This document shows, piece after piece, positions 1 to 9,647 of a DNA stretch of 64,000 nucleotides. This DNA is from a virus (Duplodnaviria > Heunggongvirae > Uroviricota > Caudoviricetes), in IMG/VR virus record IMGVR_UViG_3300017650_000009; one strand, given 5' to 3'. Both the position numbers and the translations under genes were made by a program. A model generated the notes under the pieces. The model had not been told where the DNA came from. It worked only from the letters and a program-made list of their open reading frames with translations, and did not search any database. The stretch's first letter is position 1, and every line of letters begins with the position of its first letter.

Positions 1-153
1 TTGCCAGAATGGTTCAAAAAGTTGCCTTTTGATGTCGAGTTGATGGAAGAAACCATTATTGACAAAAAGGTACGAAACCTTATAGGTGTATTGAATTGGG
101 ACCTCAAGAAAACTCGTGAGGATACCACATTTAACGATTTGTTTACTTTCTAA
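1..153 (+). CDS. C-terminal end of probable family B DNA polymerase (5' partial)
   Basis: Open frame from base 1 LPEWFKKLPFDVELMEETIIDKKVRNLIGVLNWDL...TFNDLFTF*; ending resembles T4 gp43-type clamp-binding tail; clamp gene just downstream. Confidence 0.6.
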   Translation: MPEWFKKLPFDVELMEETIIDKKVRNLIGVLNWDLKKTREDTTFNDLFTF

Positions 154-162
154 GGACCAACT

Positions 163-447
163 ATGCTATTGCGAATCATCATGACCAATACGACTCATGT
201 GCCGACTCGCGAGGAAATTCAGACTGTTGACCGAGAAATTGGTCAACAGTACCTGGAGGACTTTGGAGTGGAATGGGCCGGATATATCGTCCTCGAGGAC
301 ACACTGAAACTGTCTGCTCAGTGGCTTCTCGAAACTTTCACCCGTGATGAAATCGTTGAGCATGTGCTGGCTCATCAGATTCCCGGGTATAACTTCTCGG
401 TTTACGAAGTTGACGAAGAAGCAGAATCTGAAATAAAACTGGTTTAA
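163..447 (+). CDS. hypothetical protein
   Basis: 94-aa ORF with AGGA upstream. Confidence 0.6.
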   Translation: MLLRIIMTNTTHVPTREEIQTVDREIGQQYLEDFGVEWAGYIVLEDTLKLSAQWLLETFTRDEIVEHVLAHQIPGYNFSVYEVDEEAESEIKLV

Positions 448-452
448 AAATA

Positions 453-479
453 TTGACGTAACTGTTTGTTTCGTATAAT
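453..479 (+). promoter_or_regulatory. sigma70-like promoter
   Basis: TTGACG-N15-TATAAT (short spacer) upstream of clamp gene. Confidence 0.45.
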
Positions 480-519
480 ATTCAAACATAATAAAAATAA
501 GAAAAAGGAACATACGCTG

Positions 520-1260
520 ATGCGTGAGAAGCTACTCGACATTATCAAGCATACTGGTGGTCTTGGTTTTGTGGAAGTCGTACGTGTAACTGGTACCGAC
601 GAGTCCACCGTTTTTGAAGCAACCGACAACGACCGCACAATCATCATTCGTGCAGAACTTAAGGAAGTAGAACCATCGCTTAAGGGCGAATTTGGTATGC
701 GCAACCTTAACATCTTGCAGGGACTTTTGAATCACGCTCCATATAAGGCAGACGGCGCAAAGCTCGATGTTAAGCGTGAACTTAAGGACGGAGCGGAAAC
801 TCCAGTTGAACTGACGTTCAAGACCGAAGATGGCAAGAACCCTGCGTTTTTCCGCTTTATGGCTGCAAACTTGGTTCCACCACAACCACAGCTCAAGCAC
901 AAGTCCTGGGATATTGATGTTACCCCAACTGATTCCAAGATCCTGGAGTTCTCTAACATTGCAAGCCTATATTCGAGCATTGAAAACTATTTCAGTGTTG
1001 TTACAAAGGACGGCGATTTGGAGTTCCACATTGGTGACGAAAAGGGTTCGAACCATAGTGCAAGTCTAGTATTTGCAAGTGGTGTTGAAGGCGAAATTAA
1101 GACAACCCTATATTGGCCATTCCAGCAGGTTCTTAACGTGTTGAAGATTGGTAAGGGCGAAAAGCCTAAGCTCCAGATTATGAATCTCGGCGCACTCCAG
1201 ATCACACTGGAATCCGAATATGCCAATTACAGCATGATTCTTCCTGCACGTAAGAAGTAA
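520..1260 (+). CDS. DNA polymerase sliding clamp (gp45/PCNA-like)
   Basis: 246 aa from ATG 520 with AAGGA SD; EFGMRNL and C-terminal YSMILPA pattern typical of phage clamps; next to polymerase. Confidence 0.65.
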   Translation: MREKLLDIIKHTGGLGFVEVVRVTGTDESTVFEATDNDRTIIIRAELKEVEPSLKGEFGMRNLNILQGLLNHAPYKADGAKLDVKRELKDGAETPVELTFKTEDGKNPAFFRFMAANLVPPQPQLKHKSWDIDVTPTDSKILEFSNIASLYSSIENYFSVVTKDGDLEFHIGDEKGSNHSASLVFASGVEGEIKTTLYWPFQQVLNVLKIGKGEKPKLQIMNLGALQITLESEYANYSMILPARKK

Positions 1261-1266
1261 AATTTA

Positions 1267-1337
1267 GGGCCCGCAACCGCTCCAAGGGAGGTGATTATAA
1301 ATCACTGCAAACGCGAGTTTGCAAAACCATTGGGCCC
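1267..1337 (+). ncRNA. candidate four-way-junction structured RNA
   Basis: GGGCCC/GGGCCC closing stem enclosing three abutting hairpins (CTCC/GGAG, GTGATT/AATCAC, TGCAAAC-GCGA-GTTTGCA). Confidence 0.4.
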
Positions 1338-1339
1338 AC

Positions 1340-1367
1340 AGGGGTACCACATCGGTACCCCTTTTTT
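1340..1367 (+). terminator. rho-independent terminator
   Basis: AGGGGTACC-acatc-GGTACCCCT followed by T run. Confidence 0.8.
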
Positions 1368-1380
1368 ATCTGGAGAAGCT

Positions 1381-1929
1381 ATGGCTATTTTAGATTTATC
1401 ACAAATTGGTCCGCCCCGTCAGGATTTATTAACTGTGTGTCTAGAACATGCCCTAGTGCGTGCTGCATTTGAACATTATCGAGCTAGTGGGTCACCCGCG
1501 GAATATGAAGATCTAATTACAAATTTGGGTATTAATCCAGAAGCATATTCGCCATTTTCGTTATTTCGGGTTCATGGCGTGTTCTCTCCCCAAGTACAAG
1601 TTCCATTGCGGGCTACCAAGCTGGGGTTCTATGATGGCTTCAATACATTTTGTGTCATGTCAACCTTACATGGACTTGATAAACACATTGACCTAATAAC
1701 TCCGGAAATGATCGAAATACTCAAGTACGGTTCGCCTTCGTTGGCTAGGAAATTCTATTTGGCTACTCGTCCACATGATGATTCCCTAGCGCAACAGCTT
1801 GTGATTTTGGATCGTTTTAAGAAAGATGAATTACGCGGTGCAGGGTATTATGTACCGAGGATTCTTGATCGACATAATTATCGTATTGTCGAACTCATGT
1901 ATTTGGATTATTTGCAAAATAACACCTAA
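1381..1929 (+). CDS. hypothetical protein
   Basis: ATG 1381 with GGAG SD. Confidence 0.6.
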   Translation: MAILDLSQIGPPRQDLLTVCLEHALVRAAFEHYRASGSPAEYEDLITNLGINPEAYSPFSLFRVHGVFSPQVQVPLRATKLGFYDGFNTFCVMSTLHGLDKHIDLITPEMIEILKYGSPSLARKFYLATRPHDDSLAQQLVILDRFKKDELRGAGYYVPRILDRHNYRIVELMYLDYLQNNT

Positions 1930-1988
1930 AATATTGAGTCATATATGGGAATCATGTAGACTTTCCATATCTAGAGGAGATCACAATA

Positions 1989-2366
1989 ATGAAAAAAGAA
2001 ACTATGATCTGGGTTAATTTTAAGAAGGAAGGCATTCACAAGTATCCGGCCGCTCTTACTGACCCGAACCTCGCCACAGGAGACGAATACGACGTCAGCT
2101 TCCTGGGCTATCCACACCGTCATCAGTTTGGATTCAAGGTTGCAATTAGCGTAACCCACAACGACCGAGATATCGAATTCATACAATTTAAGCGTTGGCT
2201 TGAATCGCTATATCGTGACAATGTGTTGGAACTCGATTATAAGAGTTGTGAAATGATGTCTGAGGAACTTTACGAGCAAATCATCGCTCGCTATCCGAAT
2301 CGTACGGTTGAGATAACAGTCGATGAAGATGGTGAAAATGGTGCAACGACTCGTTGGAGCGTCTAA
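1989..2366 (+). CDS. queD: QueD-like 6-carboxytetrahydropterin synthase (T-fold)
   Basis: EGIH...HRH metal-binding His pattern, DIEFI, SCEM, VDEDG; co-located with folE and queE. Confidence 0.65.
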   Translation: MKKETMIWVNFKKEGIHKYPAALTDPNLATGDEYDVSFLGYPHRHQFGFKVAISVTHNDRDIEFIQFKRWLESLYRDNVLELDYKSCEMMSEELYEQIIARYPNRTVEITVDEDGENGATTRWSV

Positions 2367-3430
2367 TGAATATTTTCATCATGGCATTGGAGCCACTTGA
2401 GACTCGTTATACGGGTCAGTGGTTCAAACATATTCCGCAGCTTCTACAAGACGCAGCGAAGGCCAATGGCAGCGATGTAACCGTCTATAACGTAGCAGGG
2501 GAGCAAACAAGCTCCACTGTTACTGCGGGCGCGTTCTTGAATTTTACCGCTACTAATATTTGGAAGAACACTCAAATCAACAAGCTTGCAAGTTGGTTTG
2601 CAGATGGAACAGTTCGTCCTGGCGATAAAGTTCTGTTCACCGATGCATGGCATACAGGGATTATCCAGACCCGCTATATGAGCGAACTAACTGATATTCC
2701 AGTTGAAATCCATAGTATGTGGCATGCGGGATCGTATGATCCACAAGATTTCCTAGGTCGTAAAGTAAAGGACAAAACCTGGTCATTTAGTGTTGAACGT
2801 GCAATGTATGAGGCATCGGATGTCAATTATTTTGCTACCAGTTTCCATCACAGATTGTTCAGGGAAACCCTTTACGGTGATAGTCACTTCACTGCTAGGG
2901 ATTGTATTTCGGGCCAGCCACACGGCGAGTTGATTGCCAAGCTCAAACCGTTCAAGGGACTTGAAAAGCGTGATCTAGTTTTGTTTCCGCATCGTGTAGC
3001 ACCGGAAAAGCAAGTAGACATCTTTAGGGATCTAGCCAAGCATCTTCCAGATGTGGAATTTATTGTGTGCCAGGAACAAAAGCTATCGAAGGATGAATAT
3101 CACCGCTTACTTGGTGAAGCAAAGGTTATATTCAGCGCAAACCTTCAAGAAACCCTAGGTATATCGGCAATGGAAGGAATTCTAGTCGATACACTACCAA
3201 TGCTTCCGGATAGACTAAGTTATTCGGAAATGTATGAGGACGTCTATAAGTACCCAAGTGAATGGACTGAATCATGGGAAGCCTACGATAAGCACCGTGT
3301 TGAAGTAATTGCATTCCTCCGTTACTTGCTAACAGCCGAAACACCTACCAATACTATCGAGATCCAACGTGAGCGTTTGCTTCGTGATTATCTCAGTGCT
3401 GGTCCAATGGTGGAACGTCTGCTTGCTTGA
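2366..3430 (+). CDS. GT-B glycosyltransferase
   Basis: FPHRVAPEKQ and QETLGISAMEG (ExFGxxxxE-like) motifs; TAATG overlap with queD-like gene. Confidence 0.75.
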   Translation: MNIFIMALEPLETRYTGQWFKHIPQLLQDAAKANGSDVTVYNVAGEQTSSTVTAGAFLNFTATNIWKNTQINKLASWFADGTVRPGDKVLFTDAWHTGIIQTRYMSELTDIPVEIHSMWHAGSYDPQDFLGRKVKDKTWSFSVERAMYEASDVNYFATSFHHRLFRETLYGDSHFTARDCISGQPHGELIAKLKPFKGLEKRDLVLFPHRVAPEKQVDIFRDLAKHLPDVEFIVCQEQKLSKDEYHRLLGEAKVIFSANLQETLGISAMEGILVDTLPMLPDRLSYSEMYEDVYKYPSEWTESWEAYDKHRVEVIAFLRYLLTAETPTNTIEIQRERLLRDYLSAGPMVERLLA

Positions 3431-3437
3431 GGTAAAA

Positions 3438-3473
3438 TCCCTACTCGCATAACTACGGGTAGGGAATTTACTT
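3438..3473 (+). terminator. probable terminator hairpin
   Basis: TCCCTACTCG...CGGGTAGGGA then T-rich tail. Confidence 0.55.
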
Positions 3474-3485
3474 TACGAGGAACAA

Positions 3486-3869
3486 ATGAATTTAGACTAC
3501 ACTATCACCAATGCGGTTCGGAGCACATTTATTCCGGAACGCTTTCTACTTACATCGGGACCCATTCTCGATATGTTTAATAATCAAATATGTATGAGTG
3601 TTCAACTTGAGGGAGGATCATCTAGTGATTTTGCCTATATTGAGGAACCCCTAACATATAAGATATTGGATGAAGTTTTTATTTGGGGCGATACATATGG
3701 AGCTAAAGGTTCCTGGTCAATTATACCCCATACAAAATCTCGTGATCCGGGTGATTCCATCCTTAAGGATCGTTTCTTCAATTTTACTTTCGGTTTTGTT
3801 TTCGAGAATAAAGAAGATTCTGATTTGTTTATGAGTACATTTGTTATCCTAAATAAGCTTTCTGCGTAA
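3486..3869 (+). CDS. hypothetical protein, F-x4-DA-x2-FKL-like paralogue family
   Basis: GAGG SD; FVFENKEDSDLF near C-terminus. Confidence 0.6.
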   Translation: MNLDYTITNAVRSTFIPERFLLTSGPILDMFNNQICMSVQLEGGSSSDFAYIEEPLTYKILDEVFIWGDTYGAKGSWSIIPHTKSRDPGDSILKDRFFNFTFGFVFENKEDSDLFMSTFVILNKLSA

Positions 3870-3878
3870 TCAAAATTA

Positions 3879-3907
3879 TTGACATTCCGAGTGGATTCCC
3901 ATATAGT
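3879..3907 (+). promoter_or_regulatory. sigma70-like promoter for folE
   Basis: TTGACA-N17-TATAGT. Confidence 0.75.
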
Positions 3908-3965
3908 AGGTATATTGCAAATATTCCTATACAATAATAAAAACAATAATTTAGGAGAAATTTTA

Positions 3966-4697
3966 ATGAGCAAAGAAGTCAAACTTACCGTTAATAGCGG
4001 GCAAGAGACGAAGCCGATCAGTGAAGTCATTAAAGATAGAATCGTGGCCGCAAATGGCAACTTCTTCAGTAACGACAACATCAGCGAGTACATAGGTGAG
4101 GGTGAAGAAACCAAGCTTATTGACGAGCTAACTGAAAAGTTTGAGGGTGTCCTCAAGAGCCTGGTCATCGATATTGACAATGATCCGAATAGCGCGGATA
4201 CTGGACGTCGTCTTGCAAAGATGTATGTGAATGAGCTATTCGAGGGACGTTATTCCAAGCAGCCAAAGGCAACAGCTTTCCCAAATGAAGGTGATGCCAA
4301 ATATGATGGTATGCTAGTGGTTCGTTCCGAATTGAAATCGGTGTGCTCTCACCATCACCAGCCAGTTACTGGCACCGCTTATATCGGAATTATTCCGGGC
4401 AAGAAGGTGATTGGATTGTCCAAATATACTCGTATTGCGCAATGGCATGCCCGTCGCGGTACACTACAAGAGGAACTCTGCCAGCGTATTCAGAAGAGTA
4501 TCTCGCAGATTACCGAAACTCCTAACGTCGCTGTCTACATTGTAGCATCACATGGTTGTTGCGAAAATCGCGGAATCATGGCGAAGAACTCCAAGACCCA
4601 AACCACTGTATTGGGCGGTGATTTTAAGCGTTCTGACTTGAAGCAGGAATTCTTCGATAACATCAAGCTGCAGAGCGGCGGATTCTCCTGCGACTAA
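3966..4697 (+). CDS. folE: GTP cyclohydrolase I
   Basis: SVCSHHHQP, GLSKYTR, LQEEL, HGCCENRG motifs; AGGAG SD. Confidence 0.95.
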   Translation: MSKEVKLTVNSGQETKPISEVIKDRIVAANGNFFSNDNISEYIGEGEETKLIDELTEKFEGVLKSLVIDIDNDPNSADTGRRLAKMYVNELFEGRYSKQPKATAFPNEGDAKYDGMLVVRSELKSVCSHHHQPVTGTAYIGIIPGKKVIGLSKYTRIAQWHARRGTLQEELCQRIQKSISQITETPNVAVYIVASHGCCENRGIMAKNSKTQTTVLGGDFKRSDLKQEFFDNIKLQSGGFSCD

Positions 4698-4709
4698 TGG
4701 GTTTGGCCA

Positions 4710-5066
4710 ATGATGGATTTTGTCATTCCATATCAGGCGTTTCAACTTGAGTTAGCTCATCTCGAAAATCAAATGATTTTTATTCTCCAATACAAACACG
4801 TTTGTATGCGTGAGGATATATTTGAGATAATGACATCATTGGCCCAAACACAAACGGACGAAGAACTCATCACAAGGCTCAAACAACTTATGGTACTAGT
4901 ACGATTAATAGCACCACAACTGTTTGAGCTTTATGTGATCCAAAACCGCATAATTACGGCGAGGGGTTTTTACGGAGATGATTATTTCTTACATTTGCCA
5001 TTATATGAGTTGAATGTACGAAAACATGAGCTTGAAACAGAGGTATCAAATCTTGACTCCCTTTGA
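4710..5066 (+). CDS. hypothetical protein
   Basis: 118-aa ORF tiling after folE. Confidence 0.5.
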   Translation: MMDFVIPYQAFQLELAHLENQMIFILQYKHVCMREDIFEIMTSLAQTQTDEELITRLKQLMVLVRLIAPQLFELYVIQNRIITARGFYGDDYFLHLPLYELNVRKHELETEVSNLDSL

Positions 5067-5448
5067 TTATGAAACACCACAAACAATTCACAAAGTACCA
5101 TTCGCACCATTTACGGATCAACATGTTCCGGACTTTGATGAATCCATGCTTGCACTTGCGATTCGTAATACGGAATTTCGTAGAATTGATATTGCAGGCA
5201 ATGTTGTGGAAACACATACTTTGCCTTTGGACCCAAATAGTTTGTCGTTCAAAGCATTAGAGGGTGATTACATATATTTGATGACTTGGTACTACAATGA
5301 GCATCGTAAATCCAATACTCGTCATGGTCATTACATCATGTTGTATTTGATCGGCGACACATATCATTGGAAACTTAATGATGCATTTGTGGATAAGATT
5401 CTCAAGTGGTTCACATGTGGTTTCGATGATCTCTTCGACTTAAAATAA
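5014..5448 (+). CDS. hypothetical protein
   Basis: ORF in gene-dense run; start uncertain. Confidence 0.5.
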   Translation: MYENMSLKQRYQILTPFDYETPQTIHKVPFAPFTDQHVPDFDESMLALAIRNTEFRRIDIAGNVVETHTLPLDPNSLSFKALEGDYIYLMTWYYNEHRKSNTRHGHYIMLYLIGDTYHWKLNDAFVDKILKWFTCGFDDLFDLK

Positions 5449-5512
5449 TATTGCGAATATATTGATGATGTTGTTATGTTGGATAATAAAATCAACTAAC
5501 GGATTAAAGATT

Positions 5513-6454
5513 ATGAATAATATTTTTGCCATTGATCAAGAATCTACAAATAAAGCCAATAGGGCTTATGCAAAATATAATGCAAAAATTAAAAATGAAT
5601 CCAAACTCAGTGTAATGCTAGGAAGCAATATTGGATTGGAAGATCAAAAAGCAGTTGTTTATCCAAATAAGACTGCAGGAACCAAATTCAATATTACTAA
5701 TTCTCAATTTAATGTTTATCTTGCATATGGGTTTAATTATCCCAAATTTATGTATGATCCATATAAATCCAATTTTGTAATGATATTGTCGAAATTCAAG
5801 CCCCACGACCATGTTAAGATGTCAGCAAAGCAAAAAGGTAATACCGGTGGTGTTGATATTACATTCAAACAAAAGCATAAGACGATGACTGATGCTTTTG
5901 GATGGAATGATGGATATACCGTATTTCTTCATCTTAGAAATACCGCTAATGTAAATCTTAAAGATGATATGCAAATTGAATTTGATATGCTTGAGCAAGA
6001 TTCGCAAGCGTTAAACGTTAACGGTTATCGAATGGCATTCAATATTCCAAATGTTGATCGTAACATCAAATACAGACTAGAGGCATTCAAAACCAACATC
6101 AGCGCGTCTGCTTACGAACGTTATCGGAAAGAAGTAGATATGTTAACTGACCAATCAATTAAGATTGATGTAGATTTGATTAAAGATTCAAATTTACGCA
6201 ATAATCCAGGTATGTCAGTGGATCATATTTTTTCAGTACACGATGGGTTCAAATATAATTTACCTACAGAATTAATTGCGCATCATGTAAACTTGCAATA
6301 TTTGCCATTAGCTGGATATAATGGAAATTGTTCTAAAAATAAAAACAGTTGGCAATCGATTCAAGATCTTATAATTGCGTATAAGAACGCAACTGGTATG
6401 GTACCACTTGGCATTAATAACATCAAGTTTGGTGATTATTTTGAAGATGCTTGA
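5513..6454 (+). mobile_element. free-standing HNH homing endonuclease-like gene
   Basis: SVDHIFS...NLQYLP...GNCSKNK HNH core at C-terminus; visibly more AT-rich than flanks. Confidence 0.65.
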
Positions 6455-6529
6455 ATAGGCAATGACCATAAAATAATATTGCATTTTGCTGGAAGCCCAA
6501 GCTATTCTGGCAGAATAAGGAGTTTTTAT

Positions 6530-7417
6530 ATGTTTGGACGTAACGAATTAGTCGGAAAAAAGTATTTCAAAGACGCCGACGCACAACAGCTTTTCGTAAC
6601 CTCAATGTTCATGACATTGCAGGGTGAAGGACCATTCCGAGGCATGCCGGCGTTCTTCATTCGTCTGGCAAAATGCAACCTTCAATGCAGTTTCTGCGAT
6701 ACATTCTTCGACGATGGTGACTGGCTCACTTTCGATCAGATTGAGCAGCGCGTTGAGGAAACAATCGAGGACTTCTATAAGTCAATCGATATGGAACGTC
6801 CCGACTGGACCCAGCATGGCGTTCAAAAGAAGCGTATGGTTCTTGTGATGACTGGTGGTGAACCAATGCTCCAGGATAACATCGGACCATTCCTCGAGCG
6901 TATGAGCGGCATCTTCCAGGATACGCAGATTGAGTCCAATGGCACTCAGAACACTGTGATTCCAGAATCTACTACTCTCGTTATTAGTCCGAAGTGTTTG
7001 GAGAAGCGTGATGCGGTTACGGGCGAAATGCGAGCTACTCGTTATTTGACTCCGAGACCTGAGGTTCTAGAACGTGCAACTTGCTTGAAGTTTGTCATGG
7101 AAGCTGATCCAGAATCCCCATATAGCGTGGTTCCTGATTGGGCTCATGAATGGGCTCGTGTTTATGGTCGTCCGATTTTTGTAAGTCCGATGAACAATTA
7201 CAATGATATCCCAGCGATGTCGAAGAAGCAACGCGCACTGAACAATGGTATCTCTCTTGAAGAACGTTCGACGGTGGACGAAGTTATCAGCTTCTGGGAA
7301 CCCGGTTTGCTTAACATGGAAGAGAATCAAAAGAATCATGAATATGCAGCTCGCTATTGTGTTACACATGGTTGCATTTTGAATTTGCAGATTCATCTTT
7401 ACGCAAGTCTTGCTTAA
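6530..7417 (+). CDS. queE: 7-carboxy-7-deazaguanine synthase (radical SAM)
   Basis: TLQGEG, FIRLAKCNLQCSFCDT, TGGEP, IESNG, ISPK, LQIH; AAGGAG SD. Confidence 0.93.
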   Translation: MFGRNELVGKKYFKDADAQQLFVTSMFMTLQGEGPFRGMPAFFIRLAKCNLQCSFCDTFFDDGDWLTFDQIEQRVEETIEDFYKSIDMERPDWTQHGVQKKRMVLVMTGGEPMLQDNIGPFLERMSGIFQDTQIESNGTQNTVIPESTTLVISPKCLEKRDAVTGEMRATRYLTPRPEVLERATCLKFVMEADPESPYSVVPDWAHEWARVYGRPIFVSPMNNYNDIPAMSKKQRALNNGISLEERSTVDEVISFWEPGLLNMEENQKNHEYAARYCVTHGCILNLQIHLYASLA

Positions 7418-7427
7418 GAGCAAAACA

Positions 7428-7643
7428 ATGAATAATGAAGTGCTAGTATTGCGTTCATCATATGGAAATACTCTGGGGGTCATACGTAAGGATATGGTCG
7501 CCGGAGTAATTATTGCAACCGATGACGAATATACATTCACAGTCATTCTGAATAATGGAAAGACTTTTAGTTATTGGTTTGGTTCAAACTCATTGATGGA
7601 CGACGAACTAGCACGTATTGTTTCGGATATGGGATGGGAATGA
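7428..7643 (+). CDS. small hypothetical protein
   Basis: 71 aa, ends DMGWE; similar to next ORF. Confidence 0.55.
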   Translation: MNNEVLVLRSSYGNTLGVIRKDMVAGVIIATDDEYTFTVILNNGKTFSYWFGSNSLMDDELARIVSDMGWE

Positions 7644-7861
7644 ACTACGAGTTCACTGATATTAATGGCACCATTGTTGCCAAACACATACACGCGAAAT
7701 TACCCAGCTTTATTATTCGCCGTGAAAGCATTTTGGGAATAACAACTGTGGGTAGTTCCGATGACTATTTTATCGTGCATGTGTTAACTCCTGCGGAGCT
7801 CATTAAATTCACAGCAAAAGAAGATGACATTTTATCGCTCATTGCCATAATGGGATGGTAA
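7640..7861 (+). CDS. small hypothetical protein
   Basis: ATGA overlap with previous ORF; ends IMGW. Confidence 0.55.
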   Translation: MNYEFTDINGTIVAKHIHAKLPSFIIRRESILGITTVGSSDDYFIVHVLTPAELIKFTAKEDDILSLIAIMGW

Positions 7862-7903
7862 AATATTGAAATAACCTAGCATACCGTTTATATTGGAATA
7901 GAT

Positions 7904-8149
7904 ATGGAACTTTATCGTTTTAGTCCTTTCATGGCATATGATCACGAACAGGGAATGTTTGTTTTTGATATTATTGAAGGTGGCTCAAAGCAGCTTCCCC
8001 AGCATTTTATTACTGAAGTAAAAGCCGAGGACAATGCTGTTCGTATTATTTGCGACACGAAGTACCGCAAAGAAACATTTTTAGTTGAGAGTAAGGATCC
8101 GGAACATGATGTGGAAGAGCTTCTTTGGCTGTTGGATGAATTCGAGTGA
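7904..8149 (+). CDS. small hypothetical protein
   Basis: 81-aa acidic ORF. Confidence 0.55.
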   Translation: MELYRFSPFMAYDHEQGMFVFDIIEGGSKQLPQHFITEVKAEDNAVRIICDTKYRKETFLVESKDPEHDVEELLWLLDEFE

Positions 8150-8350
8150 AGAGGTTTCAAAACCCACACGATTAAGGGTTAGTAAGCATCCACAAGTACG
8201 TACCACATATACCTTGGACCGAAATCGTCCTCTCACACTTTCGGAGATTGAGTTTCTACTATTGGCTCATATGAATCAGTTCGTCGTAAGCGAGGAACTA
8301 TATTTGAATATGACGCCGGAACTCCAATCACAGTTTAAGGTGACAAAATA

Positions 8351-9088
8351 ATGGCAAAACTTCCTTTCTGGGCAAACCCATCACACTGGGGACTTAAGGG
8401 TAAGGAACTGGAAATAGCTCGTGCACATCACGAGCTTTCTGGTTATGAGCTTTCAAAGCGATTGTTGGAGATCGAATACTCTGGCACGATCACACCCGCA
8501 CAAGAACTCGAATATAAAGAGAAACTGTATCTGTTGGATCACAACAGGGGAAAGTACACTCGTAAAGAAGTTACTGAATTGATAACTGAACTTCGCCATC
8601 CTCGCAAATCGGTTGAATTTAAAATTGCGATGGTCGATTATGCAATTGAAGAAGAAGGTCTAGACGAGTTCGAGGGTGAGCATAAGAAACTCGATATTCG
8701 CTTTCGTAAAAAAGATGATCCAGAATATCTGCTCGCCAAAGCAAATTTAGAACGCAAGTTTGATATGATCTCTGAACGTGAATATGCAAAGAATGTTGCA
8801 ACCGCACGTAATGAACCTTGGGTGGAAATTGTAGATTCAAAAATCGCATATGGTGGTTCCAATGGTAATCAAATGAGTTTCGAGTTAGATTGGAACCAGC
8901 CATTTGTTGATGATTTACGTCGTAATGGATGGACTGGTCAGCACGATGCAGATGTGGTAGATCAATGGTTCACAAACCTTTGTATGGATATGATGAGTCC
9001 GTTTGCTGATACTTTGCCAGATGACGGGCAACCTACACAAATAACCAAACGTAATGATTTGGGCAACGATAAGTCGGAGTATTCGTAA
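8351..9088 (+). CDS. hypothetical phage protein
   Basis: 245 aa, AAGG SD, FELDWN...VDQWF motif, TAATG-coupled to next gene. Confidence 0.75.
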   Translation: MAKLPFWANPSHWGLKGKELEIARAHHELSGYELSKRLLEIEYSGTITPAQELEYKEKLYLLDHNRGKYTRKEVTELITELRHPRKSVEFKIAMVDYAIEEEGLDEFEGEHKKLDIRFRKKDDPEYLLAKANLERKFDMISEREYAKNVATARNEPWVEIVDSKIAYGGSNGNQMSFELDWNQPFVDDLRRNGWTGQHDADVVDQWFTNLCMDMMSPFADTLPDDGQPTQITKRNDLGNDKSEYS

Positions 9089-9603
9089 TGCGCGTAATTA
9101 ATCTCTTTGGTGGACCAGGCGCAGGTAAATCCACTACCGCGGCCAGTGTGTTTGTGGAACTCAAATGCCGTGGCTTAAATGTCGAGCTCGTAACCGAATA
9201 TGCCAAGGATCTAACTTGGGAAGCACGACATAATGTGCTTTCGGATCAGGTTTATATTCTGGCTAAACAGCATAGACGTATTGCACGTCTAGAGGGTAAA
9301 GTCGATTGGGTAGTAACGGATGCTCCGTTTATCCTAGGTCTCGTTTATACACCTGAGGATTATTTGCGTAATTTCGAACCACTATTGATGGAACTTTGGA
9401 ACCAATACGAAAACAATTGTTTTCTATTGGAACGCGGAGATATTAAGTTCCACCAGGCCGGTCGTAATCAAAATCTAGAGCAAGCTAAGGAAATTGATGC
9501 TACCTTGCGTAATCTACTTGAAACTCGAGGTGTTGATTTCACGGAAATTCGTACCGGAGACACCGCAGCAAAAGACATCCTTAAGAAATTGAATATTGAC
9601 TGA
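9088..9603 (+). CDS. P-loop nucleotide kinase (NadR/AAA_28-like)
   Basis: INLFGGPGAGKST Walker A, ELVTEYAK, VVTD, GRNQ. Confidence 0.8.
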   Translation: MRVINLFGGPGAGKSTTAASVFVELKCRGLNVELVTEYAKDLTWEARHNVLSDQVYILAKQHRRIARLEGKVDWVVTDAPFILGLVYTPEDYLRNFEPLLMELWNQYENNCFLLERGDIKFHQAGRNQNLEQAKEIDATLRNLLETRGVDFTEIRTGDTAAKDILKKLNID

Positions 9604-9647
9604 TAGGGCTAACCTATTGCAATATATGAGAAATTAAGGAATTTTTT

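Noticed and set aside
1267-1337. tRNA gene
   Set aside because: Cloverleaf-like but lacks the TTC T-loop, 7-nt anticodon loop and CCA
1291-1380. ORF-track N-terminal extension of the 1929-ending gene
   Set aside because: Runs through the structured RNA and terminator; ATG 1381 has a proper SD
5449-6529. Group I intron around the HNH gene
   Set aside because: Flanking genes are complete, not split, and spacers are too short for a ribozyme core
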